Assembly: GCA_964057225.1 (NCBI GenBank)
Contig: OZ059894.1
Span: 4,092,001-4,156,000, forward strand
Origin: Auanema rhodensis
Lineage: Eukaryota > Animalia > Nematoda
Direction: 5' to 3'
Length of the DNA: 64,000 nucleotides
The notes beneath the pieces were generated by a model. It ran no database searches. It saw only the letters and a program-made list of their open reading frames with translations, and was not told the DNA's origin. This document shows positions 27,501 to 41,600 of the stretch, piece by piece. Made by a program: the position numbers and the translations under genes. The first letter of the stretch is position 1; every line of letters starts with the position of its first letter.

Positions 27501-29484
27501 CGTCTTTGCCTTGAAAAATGGAATCTAAAAACATCTACTTTTTGCTAAATTATTTTGAAATTTTTCGAAAAAATTTTTGTCAAAATGTTTTTGGAAGCAA
27601 TGTTGAGTGTACATGGAAACTCAACATACACTAATGCATCATTTTTCAAACGATCATAACTAATTTTTGTATTAAGCGTTTCTCAATGTAGTATAGTGCA
27701 TTCGATGCGGATTTTTAAGCTGCGTCGATCTGTGTTATCAGATTTGCGCTAGCTTAAAAATGCACCGAGATATCAACTTTTATAAGATCACACTTATATC
27801 CTCGATTTTCACCCTGAAGAATTAATTTTTTCGTTGAATAACATTGTCCATCGTCTTTGCCTTGAAAAATGGAATCTAAAAACATCTACTTTTTGCTAAA
27901 TTATTTTGAAATTTTTCGAAAAAATTTTTGTCAAAATGTTTTTGGAAGCAATGTTGAGTGTACATGGAAACTCAACATACACTAATGCATCATTTTTCAA
28001 ACGTTCATAACTAATTTTTGTATTAAGCGTTTCTCAATGTAGTATAGTGTATTCGATGCGGATTTTCAAGCTGCGTCGATCTGTGTTATCAGATTTGCGC
28101 TAGCTTAAAAATGCACCGAGATATCAACTTTTATAAGTTCACACTTATATCCTCGATTTTCACCCTGAAGAATTAATTTTTTCGTTGAATAACGTTGTCC
28201 ATCGTCTTTGCCTTGAAAAATGGAATCTAAAAACATCTACTTTTTGCTAAATTATTTTGAAATTTTTCGAAAAAATTTTTGTCAAAATGTTTTTGGAAGC
28301 AATGTTGAGTGTACATGGAAACTCAACATACACTAATGCATCATTTTTCAAACGATCATAACTAATTTTTGTATCAAGCGTTTCTTAATGTAGTATAGTG
28401 CATTCGATCCGGATTTTTAAGCTGCGTCGATCTGTGTTATCAGATTTGCGCTAGCTTAAAAATGCACCGAGATATCAACTGATATAAGTTCACACTTATA
28501 TCCTCGATTTTCACCCTGAAGAATTAATTTTTTCGTTGAATAACATTGTCCATCGTCTTTGCCTTGAAAAATGGAATCTAAAAACATCTACTTTTTGCTA
28601 AATTATTTTGAAATTTTTCGAAAAAATTTTTGTCAAAATGTTTTTGGAAGCAATGTTGAGTGTACATGGAAACTCAACATACACTAATGCATCATTTTTC
28701 AAACGATCATAACTTATTTTTGTAACAAGCGTTTCTTAATGTAGTATAGTGCATTCGATCCGGATTTTTAAGCTGCGTCGATCTGTGTTATCAGATTTGC
28801 GCTAGCTTAAAAATGCACCGAGATATCAACTGATATAAGTTCACACTTATATCCTCGATTTTCACCCTGAAGAATTAATTTTTTCGTTGAATAACATTGT
28901 CCATCGTCTTTGCCTTGAAAAATGGAATCTAAAAACATCTACTTTTTGCTAAATTATTTTGAAATTTTTCGAAAAAATTTTTGTCAAAATGTTTTTGGAA
29001 GCAATGTTGAGTGTACATGGAAACTCAACATACACTAATGCATCATTTTTCAAACGATCATAACTTATTTTTGTAACAAGCGTTTCTCAATGTAGTATAG
29101 TGCATTCGATGCGGATTTTTAAGCTGCGTCGATCTGTGTTATCAGATTTGCGCTAGCTTAAAAATGCACCGAGATATCAACTGATATAAGTTCACACTTA
29201 TATCCTCGATTTTCACCCTGAAGAATTAATTTTTTCGTTGAATAACATTGTCCATCGTCTTTGCCTTGAAAAAAGGAATCTAAAAACATCTACTTTTTGC
29301 TAAATTATTTTGAAATTTTTCGAAAAAATTTTTGTCAAAATGTTTTTGGAAGCAATGTTGAGTGTACATGGAAACTCAACATACACTAATGCATCATTTT
29401 TCAAACGATCATAACTTATTTTTGTAACAAGCGTTTCTCAATGTAGTATAGTGCATTCGATGCGGATTTTTAAGCTGCGTCGAT

Positions 29485-31590
29485 CTGTGTTATCAGATTT
29501 GCGCTAGCTTAAAAATGCACCGAGATATCAACTGATATAAGTTCACACTTATATCCTCGATTTTCACCCTGAAGAATTAATTTTTTCGTTGAATAACATT
29601 GTCCATCGTCTTTGCCTTAAAAAAAGGAATCTAAAAACATCTACTTTTTGCTAAATTATTTTGAAATTTTTCGAAAAAATTTTTGTCAAAATGTTTTTGG
29701 AAGCAATGTTGAGTGTACATGGAAACTCAACATACACTAATGCATCATTTTTCAAACGATCATAACTAATTTTTGTATCAAGCGTTTCTTAATGTAGTAT
29801 AGTGCATTCGATCCGGATTTTTAAGCTGCGTCGATCTGTGTTATCAGATTTGCGCTAGCTTAAAAATGCACCGAGATATCAACTGATATAAGTTCACACT
29901 TATATCCTCGATTTTCACCCTGAAGAATTAATTTTTTCGTTGAATAACATTGTCCATCGTCTTTGCCTTGAAAAATGGAATCTAAAAACATCTACTTTTT
30001 GCTAAATTATTTTGAAATTTTTCGAAAAAATTTTTGTCAAAATGTTTTTGGAAGCAATGTTGAGTGTACATGGAAACTCAACATACACTAATGCATCATT
30101 TTTCAAACGATCATAACTTATTTTTGTAACAAGCGTTTCTCAATGTAGTATAGTGCATTCGATGCGGATTTTTAAGCTGCGTCGATCTGTGTTATCAGAT
30201 TTGCGCTAGCTTAAAAATGCACCGAGATATCAACTGATATAAGTTCACACTTATATCCTCGATTTTCACCCTGAAGAATTAATTTTTTCGTTGAATAACA
30301 TTGTCCATCGTCTTTGCCTTAAAAAAAGGAATCTAAAAACATCTACTTTTTGCTAAATTATTTTGAAATTTTTCGAAAAAATTTTTGTCAAAATGTTTTT
30401 GGAAGCAATGTTGAGTGTACATGGAAACTCAACATACACTAATGCATCATTTTTCAAACGATCATAACTAATTTTTGTATCAAGCGTTTCTTAATGTAGT
30501 ATAGTGCATTCGATCCGGATTTTTAAGCTGCGTCGATCTGTGTTATCAGATTTGCGCTAGCTTAAAAATGCACCGAGATATCAACTGATATAAGTTCACA
30601 CTTATATCCTCGATTTTCACCCTGAAGAATTAATTTTTTCGTTGAATAACATTGTCCATCGTCTTTGCCTTGAAAAATGGAATCTAAAAACATCTACTTT
30701 TTGCTAAATTATTTTGAAATTTTTCGAAAAAATTTTTGTCAAAATGTTTTTGGAAGCAATGTTGAGTGTACATGGAAACTCAACATACACTAATGCATCA
30801 TTTTTCAAACGATCATAACTTATTTTTGTAACAAGCGTTTCTCAATGTAGTATAGTGCATTCGATGCGGATTTTTAAGCTGCGTCGATCTGTGTTATCAG
30901 ATTTGCGCTAGCTTAAAAATGCACCGAGATATCAACTGATATAAGTTCACACTTATATCCTCGATTTTCACCCTGAAGAATTAATTTTTTCGTTGAATAA
31001 CATTGTCCATCGTCTTTGCCTTAAAAAAAAGAATCTAAAAACATCTACTTTTTGCTAAATTATTTTGAAATTTTTCGAAAAAATTTTTGTCAAAATGTTT
31101 TTGGAAGCAATGTTGAGTGTACATGGAAACTCAACATACACTAATGCATCATTTTTCAAACGATCATAACTAATTTTTGTATCAAGCGTTTCTTAATGTA
31201 GTATAGTGCATTCGATCCGGATTTTTAAGCTGCGTCGATCTGTGTTATCAGATTTGCGCTAGCTTAAAAATGCACCGAGATATCAACTGATATAAGTTCA
31301 CACTTATATCCTCGATTTTCACCCTGAAGAATTAATTTTTTCGTTGAATAACATTGTCCATCGTCTTTGCCTTGAAAAATGGAATCTAAAAACATCTACT
31401 TTTTGCTAAATTATTTTGAAATTTTTCGAAAAAATTTTTGTCAAAATGTTTTTGGAAGCAATGTTGAGTGTACATGGAAACTCAACATACACTAATGCAT
31501 CATTTTTCAAACGATCATAACTTATTTTTGTAACAAGCGTTTCTCAATGTAGTATAGTGCATTCGATGCGGATTTTTAAGCTGCGTCGAT
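29485..31590 (+). repeat. Dimeric higher-order run (702 bp x3; monomers 85-90)
   Basis: ccttaaaaaaa+tcttaat+gatcc monomers alternate with atgg+acttat..gtaac monomers. Confidence 0.82.
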
Positions 31591-33345
31591 CTGTGTTATC
31601 AGATTTGCGCTAGCTTAAAAATGCACCGAGATATCAACTGATATAAGTTCACACTTATATCCTCGATTTTCACCCTGAAGAATTAATTTTTTCGTTGAAT
31701 AACATTGTCCATCGTCTTTGCCTTGAAAAATGGAATCTAAAAACATCTACTTTTTGCTAAATTATTTTGAAATTTTTCGAAAAAATTTTTGTCAAAATGT
31801 TTTTGGAAGCAATGTTGAGTGTACATGGAAACTCAACATACACTAATGCATCATTTTTCAAACGATCATAACTTATTTTTGTAACAAGCGTTTCTCAATG
31901 TAGTATAGTGCATTCGATGCGGATTTTTAAGCTGCGTCGATCTGTGTTATCAGATTTGCGCTAGCTTAAAAATGCACCGAGATATCAACTGATATAAGTT
32001 CACACTTATATCCTCGATTTTCACCCTGAAGAATTAATTTTTTCGTTGAATAACATTGTCCATCGTCTTTGCCTTGAAAAATGAAATCTAAAAACATCTA
32101 CTTTTTGCTAAATTATTTTGAAATTTTTCGAAAAAATTTTTGTCAAAATGTTTTTGGAAGCAATGTTGAGTGTACATGGAAACTCAACATACACTAATGC
32201 ATCATTTTTCAAACGATCATAACTTATTTTTGTAACAAGCGTTTCTTAATGTAGTATAGTGCATTCGATGCGGATTTTTAAGCTGCGTCGATCTGTGTTA
32301 TCAGATTTGCGCTAGCTTAAAAATGCACCGAGATATCAACTGATATAAGTTCACACTTATATCCTCGATTTTCACCCTGAAGAATTAATTTTTTCGTTGA
32401 ATAACATTGTCCATCGTCTTTGCCTTGAAAAACGGAATCTAAAAACATCTACTTTTTGCTAAATTATTTTGAAATTTTTCGAAAAAATTTTTGTCAAAAT
32501 GTTTTTGGAAGCAATGTTGAGTGTACATGGAAACTCAACATACACTAATGCATCATTTTTCAAACGATCATAACTAATTTTTGTATCAAGCGTTTCTTAA
32601 TGTAGTATAGTGCATTCGATCCGGATTTTAAAGCTGCGTCGATCTGTGTTATCAGATTTGCGCTAGCTTAAAAATGCACCGAGATATCAACTGATATAAG
32701 TTCACACTTATATCCTCGATTTTCACCCTGAAGAATTAATTTTTTCGTTGAATAACATTGTCCATCGTCTTTGCCTTGAAAAATGGAATCTAAAAACATC
32801 TACTTTTTGCTAAATTATTTTGAAATTTTTCGAAAAAATTTTTGTCAAAATGTTTTTGGAAGCAATGTTGAGTGTACATAGAAACTCAACATACACTAAT
32901 GCATCATTTTTCAAACGATCATAACTTATTTTTGTAACAAGCGTTTCTCAATGTAGTATAGTGCATTCGATGCGGATTTTTAAGCTGCGTCGATCTGTGT
33001 TATCAGATTTGCGCTAGCTTAAAAATGCACCGAGATATCAACTGATATAAGTTCACACTTATATCCTCGATTTTCACCCTGAAGAATTAATTTTTTCGTT
33101 GAATAACATTGTCCATCGTCTTTGCCTTAAAAAAAGGAATCTAAAAACATCTACTTTTTGCTAAATTATTTTGAAATTTTTCGAAAAAATTTTTGTCAAA
33201 ATGTTTTTGGAAGCAATGTTGAGTGTACATAGAAACTCAACATACACTAATGCATCATTTTTCAAACGATCATAACTTATTTTTGTAACAATCGTTTCTC
33301 AATGTAGTATAGTGCATTCGATGCGGATTTTTAAGCTGCGTCGAT

Positions 33346-36300
33346 CTGTGTTATCAGATTTGCGCTAGCTTAAAAATGCACCGAGATATCAACTGATATA
33401 AGTTCACACTTATATCCTCGATTTTCACCCTGAAGAATTAATTTTTTCGTTGAATAACATTGTCCATCGTCTTTGCCTTGAAAAAAGGAATCTAAAAACA
33501 TCTACTTTTTGCTAAATTATTTTGAAATTTTTCGAAAAAATTTTTGTCAAAATGTTTTTGGAAGCAATGTTGAGTGTACATGGAAACTCAACATACACTA
33601 ATGCATCATTTTTCAAACGATCATAACTTATTTTTGTAACAAGCGTTTCTCAATGTAGTATAGTGCATTCGATGCGGATTTTTAAGCTGCGTCGATCTGT
33701 GTTATCAGATTTGCGCTAGCTTAAAAATGCACCGAGATATCAACTGATATAAGTTCACACTTATATCCTCGATTTTCACCCTGAAGAAATAATTTTTTCG
33801 TTGAATAACATTGTCCATCGTCTTTGCCTTGAAAAAAGGAATCTAAAAACATCTACTTTTTGCTAAATTATTTTGAAATTTTTCGAAAAAATTTTTGTCA
33901 AAATGTTTTTGGAAGCAATGTTGAGTGTACATGGAAACTCAACATACACTAATGCATCATTTTTCAAACGATTATAACTAATTTTTGTATCAAGCGTTTC
34001 TCAATGTAGTATAGTGCATTCGATGCGGATTTTTAAGCTGCGTCGATCTGTGTTATCAGATTTGCGCTAGCTTAAAAATGCACCGAGATATCAACTGATA
34101 TAAGTTCACACTTATATCCTCGATTTTCACCCTGAAGAATTAATTTTTTCGTTGAATAACATTGTCCATCGTCTTTGCCTTGAAAAAAGGAATCTAAAAA
34201 CATCTACTTTTTGCTAAATTATTTTGAAATTTTTCGAAAAAATTTTTGTCAAAATGTTTTTGGAAGCAATGTTGAGTGTACATGGAAACTCAACATACAC
34301 TAATGCATCATTTTTCAAACGATCATAACTTATTTTTGTAACAAGCGTTTCTCAATGTAGTATAGTGCATTCGATGCGGATTTTTAAGCTGCGTCGATCT
34401 GTGTTATCAGATTTGCGCTAGCTTAAAAATGCACCGAGATATCAACTGATATAAGTTCACACTTATATCCTCGATTTTCTACCTGAAGACTTAATTTTTT
34501 CGTTGAATAACATTGTCCATCGTCTTTGCCTTAAAAAAAGCAATCTAAAAACATCTACTTTTTGCTAAATTATTTTGAAATTTTTCGAAAAAATTTTTGT
34601 CAAAATGTTTTTGGAAGCAATGTTGAGTGTACATGGAAACTCAACATACACTAATGCATCATTTTTCAAACGATCATAACTAATTTTTGTATCAAGCGTT
34701 TCTTAATGTAGTATAGTGCATTCGATGCGGATTTTTAAGCTGCGTCGATCTGTGTTATCAGATTTGCGCTAGCTTAAAAATGCACCGAGATATCAACTGA
34801 TATAAGTTCACACTTATATCCTCGATTTTCACCCTGAAGAATTAATTTTTTCGTTGAATAACATTGTCCATCGTCTTTGCCTTGAAAAATGGAATCTAAA
34901 AACATCTACTTTTTGCTAAATTATTTTGAAATTTTTCGAAAAAATTTTTGTCAAAATGTTTTTGGAAGCAATGTTGAGTGTACATGGAAACTCAACATAC
35001 ACTAATGCATCATTTTTCAAACGATCATAACTTATTTTTGTAACAAGCGTTTCTCAATGTAGTATAGTGCATTCGATGCGGATTTTTAAGCTGCGTCGAT
35101 CTGTGTTATCAGATTTGCGCTAGCTTAAAAATGCACCGAGATATCAACTGATATAAGTTCACACTTATATCCTCGATTTTCACCCTGAAGAAATAATTTT
35201 TTCGTTGAATAACATTGTCCATCGTCTTTGCCTTGAAAAAAGGAATCTAAAAACATCTACTTTTTGCTAAATTATTTTGAAATTTTTCGAAAAAATTTTT
35301 GTCAAAATGTTTTTGGAAGCAATGTTGAGTGTACATGGAAACTCAACATACACTAATGCATCATTTTTCAAACGATTATAACTAATTTTTGTATCAAGCG
35401 TTTCTCAATGTAGTATAGTGCATTCGATGCGGATTTTTAAGCTGCGTCGATCTGTGTTATCAGATTTGCGCTAGCTTAAAAATGCACCGAGATATCAACT
35501 GATATAAGTTCACACTTATATCCTCGATTTTCACCCTGAAGAATTAATTTTTTCGTTGAATAACATTGTCCATCGTCTTTGCCTTGAAAAAAGGAATCTA
35601 AAAACATCTACTTTTTGCTAAATTATTTTGAAATTTTTCGAAAAAATTTTTGTCAAAATGTTTTTGGAAGCAATGTTGAGTGTACATGGAAACTCAACAT
35701 ACACTAATGCATCATTTTTCAAACGATCATAACTTATTTTTGTAACAAGCGTTTCTCAATGTAGTATAGTGCATTCGATGCGGATTTTTAAGCTGCGTCG
35801 ATCTGTGTTATCAGATTTGCGCTAGCTTAAAAATGCACCGAGATATCAACTGATATAAGTTCACACTTATATCCTCGATTTTCACCCTGAAGAAATAATT
35901 TTTTCGTTGAATAACATTGTCCATCGTCTTTGCCTTGAAAAAAGGAATCTAAAAACATCTACTTTTTGCTAAATTATTTTGAAATTTTTCGAAAAAATTT
36001 TTGTCAAAATGTTTTTGGAAGCAATGTTGAGTGTACATGGAAACTCAACATACACTAATGCATCATTTTTCAAACGATTATAACTAATTTTTGTATCAAG
36101 CGTTTCTCAATGTAGTATAGTGCATTCGATGCGGATTTTTAAGCTGCGTCGATCTGTGTTATCAGATTTGCGCTAGCTTAAAAATGCACCGAGATATCAA
36201 CTGATATAAGTTCACACTTATATCCTCGATTTTCACCCTGAAGAATTAATTTTTTCGTTGAATAACATTGTCCATCGTCTTTGCCTTGAAAAAAGGAATC

Positions 36301-38610
36301 TAAAAACATCTACTTTTTGCTAAATTATTTTGAAATTTTTCGAAAAAATTTTTGTCAAAATGTTTTTGGAAGCAATGTTGAGTGTACATGGAAACTCAAC
36401 ATACACTAATGCATCATTTTTCAAACGATCATAACTTATTTTTGTAACAAGCGTTTCTCAATGTAGTATAGTGCATTCGATGCGGATTTTTAAGCTGCGT
36501 CGATCTGTGTTATCAGATTTGCGCTAGCTTAAAAATGCACCGAGATATCAACTGATATAAGTTCACACTTATATCCTCGATTTTCTACCTGAAGACTTAA
36601 TTTTTTCGTTGAATAACATTGTCCATCGTCTTTGCCTTAAAAAAAGCAATCTAAAAACATCTACTTTTTGCTAAATTATTTTGAAATTTTTCGAAAAAAT
36701 TTTTGTCAAAATGTTTTTGGAAGCAATGTTGAGTGTACATGGAAACTCAACATACACTAATGCATCATTTTTCAAACGATCATAACTAATTTTTGTATCA
36801 AGCGTTTCTTAATGTAGTATAGTGCATTCGATGCGGATTTTTAAGCTGCGTCGATCTGTGTTATCAGATTTGCGCTAGCTTAAAAATGCACCGAGATATC
36901 AACTGATATAAGTTCACACTTATATCCTCGATTTTCACCCTGAAGAATTAATTTTTTCGTTGAATAACATTGTCCATCGTCTTTGCCTTGAAAAATGGAA
37001 TCTAAAAACATCTACTTTTTGCTAAATTATTTTGAAATTTTTCGAAAAAATTTTTGTCAAAATGTTTTTGGAAGCAATGTTGAGTGTACATGGAAACTCA
37101 ACATACACTAATGCATCATTTTTCAAACGATCATAACTTATTTTTGTAACAAGCGTTTCTCAATGTAGTATAGTGCATTCGATGCGGATTTTTAAGCTGC
37201 GTCGATCTGTGTTATCAGATTTGCGCTAGCTTAAAAATGCACCGAGATATCAACTGATATAAGTTCACACTTATATCCTCGATTTTCACCCTGAAGAAAT
37301 AATTTTTTCGTTGAATAACATTGTCCATCGTCTTTGCCTTGAAAAAAGGAATCTAAAAACATCTACTTTTTGCTAAATTATTTTGAAATTTTTCGAAAAA
37401 ATTTTTGTCAAAATGTTTTTGGAAGCAATGTTGAGTGTACATGGAAACTCAACATACACTAATGCATCATTTTTCAAACGATTATAACTAATTTTTGTAT
37501 CAAGCGTTTCTCAATGTAGTATAGTGCATTCGATGCGGATTTTTAAGCTGCGTCGATCTGTGTTATCAGATTTGCGCTAGCTTAAAAATGCACCGAGATA
37601 TCAACTGATATAAGTTCACACTTATATCCTCGATTTTCACCCTGAAGAATTAATTTTTTCGTTGAATAACATTGTCCATCGTCTTTGCCTTGAAAAAAGG
37701 AATCTAAAAACATCTACTTTTTGCTAAATTATTTTGAAATTTTTCGAAAAAATTTTTGTCAAAATGTTTTTGGAAGCAATGTTGAGTGTACATGGAAACT
37801 CAACATACACTAATGCATCATTTTTCAAACGATCATAACTTATTTTTGTAACAAGCGTTTCTCAATGTAGTATAGTGCATTCGATGCGGATTTTTAAGCT
37901 GCGTCGATCTGTGTTATCAGATTTGCGCTAGCTTAAAAATGCACCGATATATCAACTGATATAAGTTCACACTTATATCCTCGATTTTCTACCTGAAGAC
38001 TTAATTTTTTCGTTGAATAACATTGTCCATCGTCTTTGCCTCAAAAAAAGGAATCTAAAAACATCTACTTTTTGCTAAATTATTTTGAAATTTTTCGAAA
38101 AAATTTTTGTCAAAATGTTTTTGGAAGCAATGTTGAGTGTACATGGAAACTCAACATACACTAATGCATCATTTTTCAAACGATCATAACTAATTTTTGT
38201 ATCAAGCGTTTCTTAATGTAGTATAGTGCATTCGATGCGGATTTTTAAGCTGCGTCGATCTGTGTTATCAGATTTGCGCTAGCTTAAAAATGCACCGAGA
38301 TATCAACTGATATAAGTTCACACTTATATCCTCGATTTTCACCCTGAAGAATTAATTTTTTCGTTGAATAACATTGTCCATCGTCTTTGCCTTGAAAAAT
38401 GGAATCTAAAAACAACTACTTTTTGCTAAATTATTTTGAAATTTTTCGAAAAAATTTTTGTCAAAATGTTTTTGGAAGCAATGTTGAGTGTACATGGAAA
38501 CTCAACATACACTAATGCATCATTTTTCAAACGATCATAACTTATTTTTGTAACAAGCGTTTCTCAATGTAGTATAGTGCATTCGATGCGGATTTTTAAG
38601 CTGCGTCGAT
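33346..38610 (+). repeat. Nested 4-mer/6-mer higher-order block (monomers 96-110: U HUWT HU HUWT HUW'T')
   Basis: Marker tctacctgaagactt is in monomers 99, 105 and 109 (spacing 6, then 4). aaata+cgattat monomers are at 97, 101, 103 and 107. Confidence 0.85.
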
Positions 38611-41600
38611 CTGTGTTATCAGATTTGCGCTAGCTTAAAAATGCACCGAGATATCAACTGATATAAGTTCACACTTATATCCTCGATTTTCACCCTGAAG
38701 AATTAATTTTTTCGTTGAATAACATTGTCCATCGTCTTTGCCTTGAAAAACGGAATCTAAAAACATCTACTTTTTGCTAAATTATTTTGAAATTTTTCGA
38801 AAAAATTTTTGTCAAAATGTTTTTGGAAGCAATGTTGAGTGTACATGGAAACTCAACATACACTAATGCATCATTTTTCAAACGATCATAACTAATTTTT
38901 GTATCAAGCGTTTCTTAATGTAGTATAGTGCATTCGATCCGGATTTTTAAGCTGCGTCGATCTGTGTTATCAGATTTGCGCTAGCTTAAAAATGCACCGA
39001 GATATCAACTGATATAAGTTCACACTTATATCCTCGATTTTCACCCTGAAGAATTAATTTTATCGTTGAATAACATTGTCCATCGTCTTTGCCTTGAAAA
39101 ATGGAATCTAAAAACATCTACTTTTTGCTAAATTATTTTGAAATTTTTCGAAAAAATTTTTGTCAAAATGTTTTTGGAAGCAATGTTGAGTGTACATGGA
39201 AACTCAACATACACTAATGCATCATTTTTCAAACGATCATAACTAATTTTTGTAACAAGCGTTTCTTAATGTAGTATAGTGCATTCGATGCGGATTTTTA
39301 AGCTGCGTCGATCTGTGTTATCAGATTTGCGCTAGCTTAAAAATGCACCGAGATATCAACTGATATAAGTTCACACTTATATCCTCGATTTTCACCCTGA
39401 AGAATTAATTTTTTCGTTGAATAACATTGTCCATCGTCTTTGCCTTGAAAAAAGGAATCTAAAAACATCTACTTTTTGCTAAATTATTTTGAAATTTTTC
39501 GAAAAAATTTTTGTCAAAATGTTTTTGGAAGCAATGTTGAGTGTACATGGAAACTCAACATACACTAATGCATCATTTTTCAAACGATCATAACTTATTT
39601 TTGTAACAAGCGTTTCTCAATGTAGTATAGTGCATTCGATGCGGATTTTTAAGCTGCGTCGATCTGTGTTATCAGATTTGCGCTAGCTTAAAAATGCACC
39701 GAGATATCAACTGATATAAGTTCACACTTATATCCTCGATTTTCACCCTGAAGAATTAATTTTTTCGTTGAATAACATTGTCCATCGTCTTTGCCTTAAA
39801 AAAAGGAATCTAAAAACATCTACTTTTTCCTAAATTATTTTGAAATTTTTCGAAAAAATTTTTGTCAAAATGTTTTTGGAAGCAATGTTGAGTGTACATG
39901 GAAACTCAACATACACTAATGCATCATTTTTCAAACGATCATAACTAATTTTTGTATCAAGCGTTTCTTAATGTAGTATAGTGCATTCGATCCGGATTTT
40001 TAAGCTGCGTCGATCTGTGTTATCAGATTTGCGCTAGCTTAAAAATGCACCGAGATATCAACTGATATAAGTTCACACTTATATCCTCGATTTTCACCCT
40101 GAAGAATTAATTTTTTCGTTGAATAACATTGTCCATCGTCTTTGCCTTAAAAAATGGAATCTAAAAACATCTACTTTTTGCTAAATTATTTTGAAATTTT
40201 TCGAAAAAATTTTTGTCAAAATGTTTTTGGAAGCAATGTTGAGTGTACATAGAAACTCAACATACACTAATGCATCATTTTTCAAACGATCATAACTTAT
40301 TTTTGTAACAAGCGTTTCTCAATGTAGTATAGTGCATTCGATGCGGATTTTTAAGCTGCGTCGATCTGTGTTATCAGATTTGCGCTAGCTTAAAAATGCA
40401 CCGAGATATCAACTGATATAAGTTCACACTTATATCCTCGATTTTCACCCTGAAGAATTAATTTTTTCGTTGAATAACATTGTCCATCGTCTTTGCCTTG
40501 AAAAAAGGAATCTAAAAACATCTACTTTTTGCTAAATTATTTTGAAATTTTTCGAAAAAATTTTTGTCAAAATGTTTTTGGAAGCAATGTTGAGTGTACA
40601 TGGAAACTCAACATACACTAATGCATCATTTTTCAAACGATCATAACTTATTTTTGTAACAAGCGTTTCTTAATGTAGTATAGTGCATTCGATGCGGATT
40701 TTTAAGCTGCGTCGATCTGTGTTATCAGATTTGCGCTAGCTTAAAAATGCACCGAGATATCAACTGATATAAGTTCACACTTATATCCTCGATTTTCACC
40801 CTGAAGAATTAATTTTTTCGTTGAATAACATTGTCCATCGTCTTTGCCTTAAAAAAAGGAATCTAAAAACATCTACTTTTTGCTAAATTATTTTGAAATT
40901 TTTCGAAAAAATTTTTGTCAAAATGTTTTTGGAAGCAATGTTGAGTGTACATGGAAACTCAACATACACTAATGCATCATTTTTCAAACGATCATAACTA
41001 ATTTTTGTATCAAGCGTTTCTTAATGTAGTATAGTGCATTCGATCCGGATTTTTAAGCTGCGTCGATCTGTGTTATCAGATTTGCGCTAGCTTAAAAATG
41101 CACCGAGATATCAACTGATATAAGTTCACACTTATATCCTCGATTTTCACCCTGAAGAATTAATTTTTTCGTTGAATAACATTGTCCATCGTCTTTGCCT
41201 TGAAAAAAGGAATCTAAAAACATCTACTTTTTGCTAAATTATTTTGAAATTTTTCGAAAAAATTTTTGTCAAAATGTTTTTGGAAGCAATGTTGAGTGTA
41301 CATGGAAACTCAACATACACTAATGCATCATTTTTCAAACGATCATAACTTATTTTTGTAACAAGCGTTTCTTAATGTAGTATAGTGCATTCGATGCGGA
41401 TTTTTAAGCTGCGTCGATCTGTGTTATCAGATTTGCGCTAGCTTAAAAATGCACCGAGATATCAACTGATATAAGTTCACACTTATATCCTCGATTTTCA
41501 CCCTGAAGAATTAATTTTTTCGTTGAATAACATTGTCCATCGTCTTTGCCTTAAAAAAAGGAATCTAAAAACATCTACTTTTTGCTAAATTATTTTGAAA

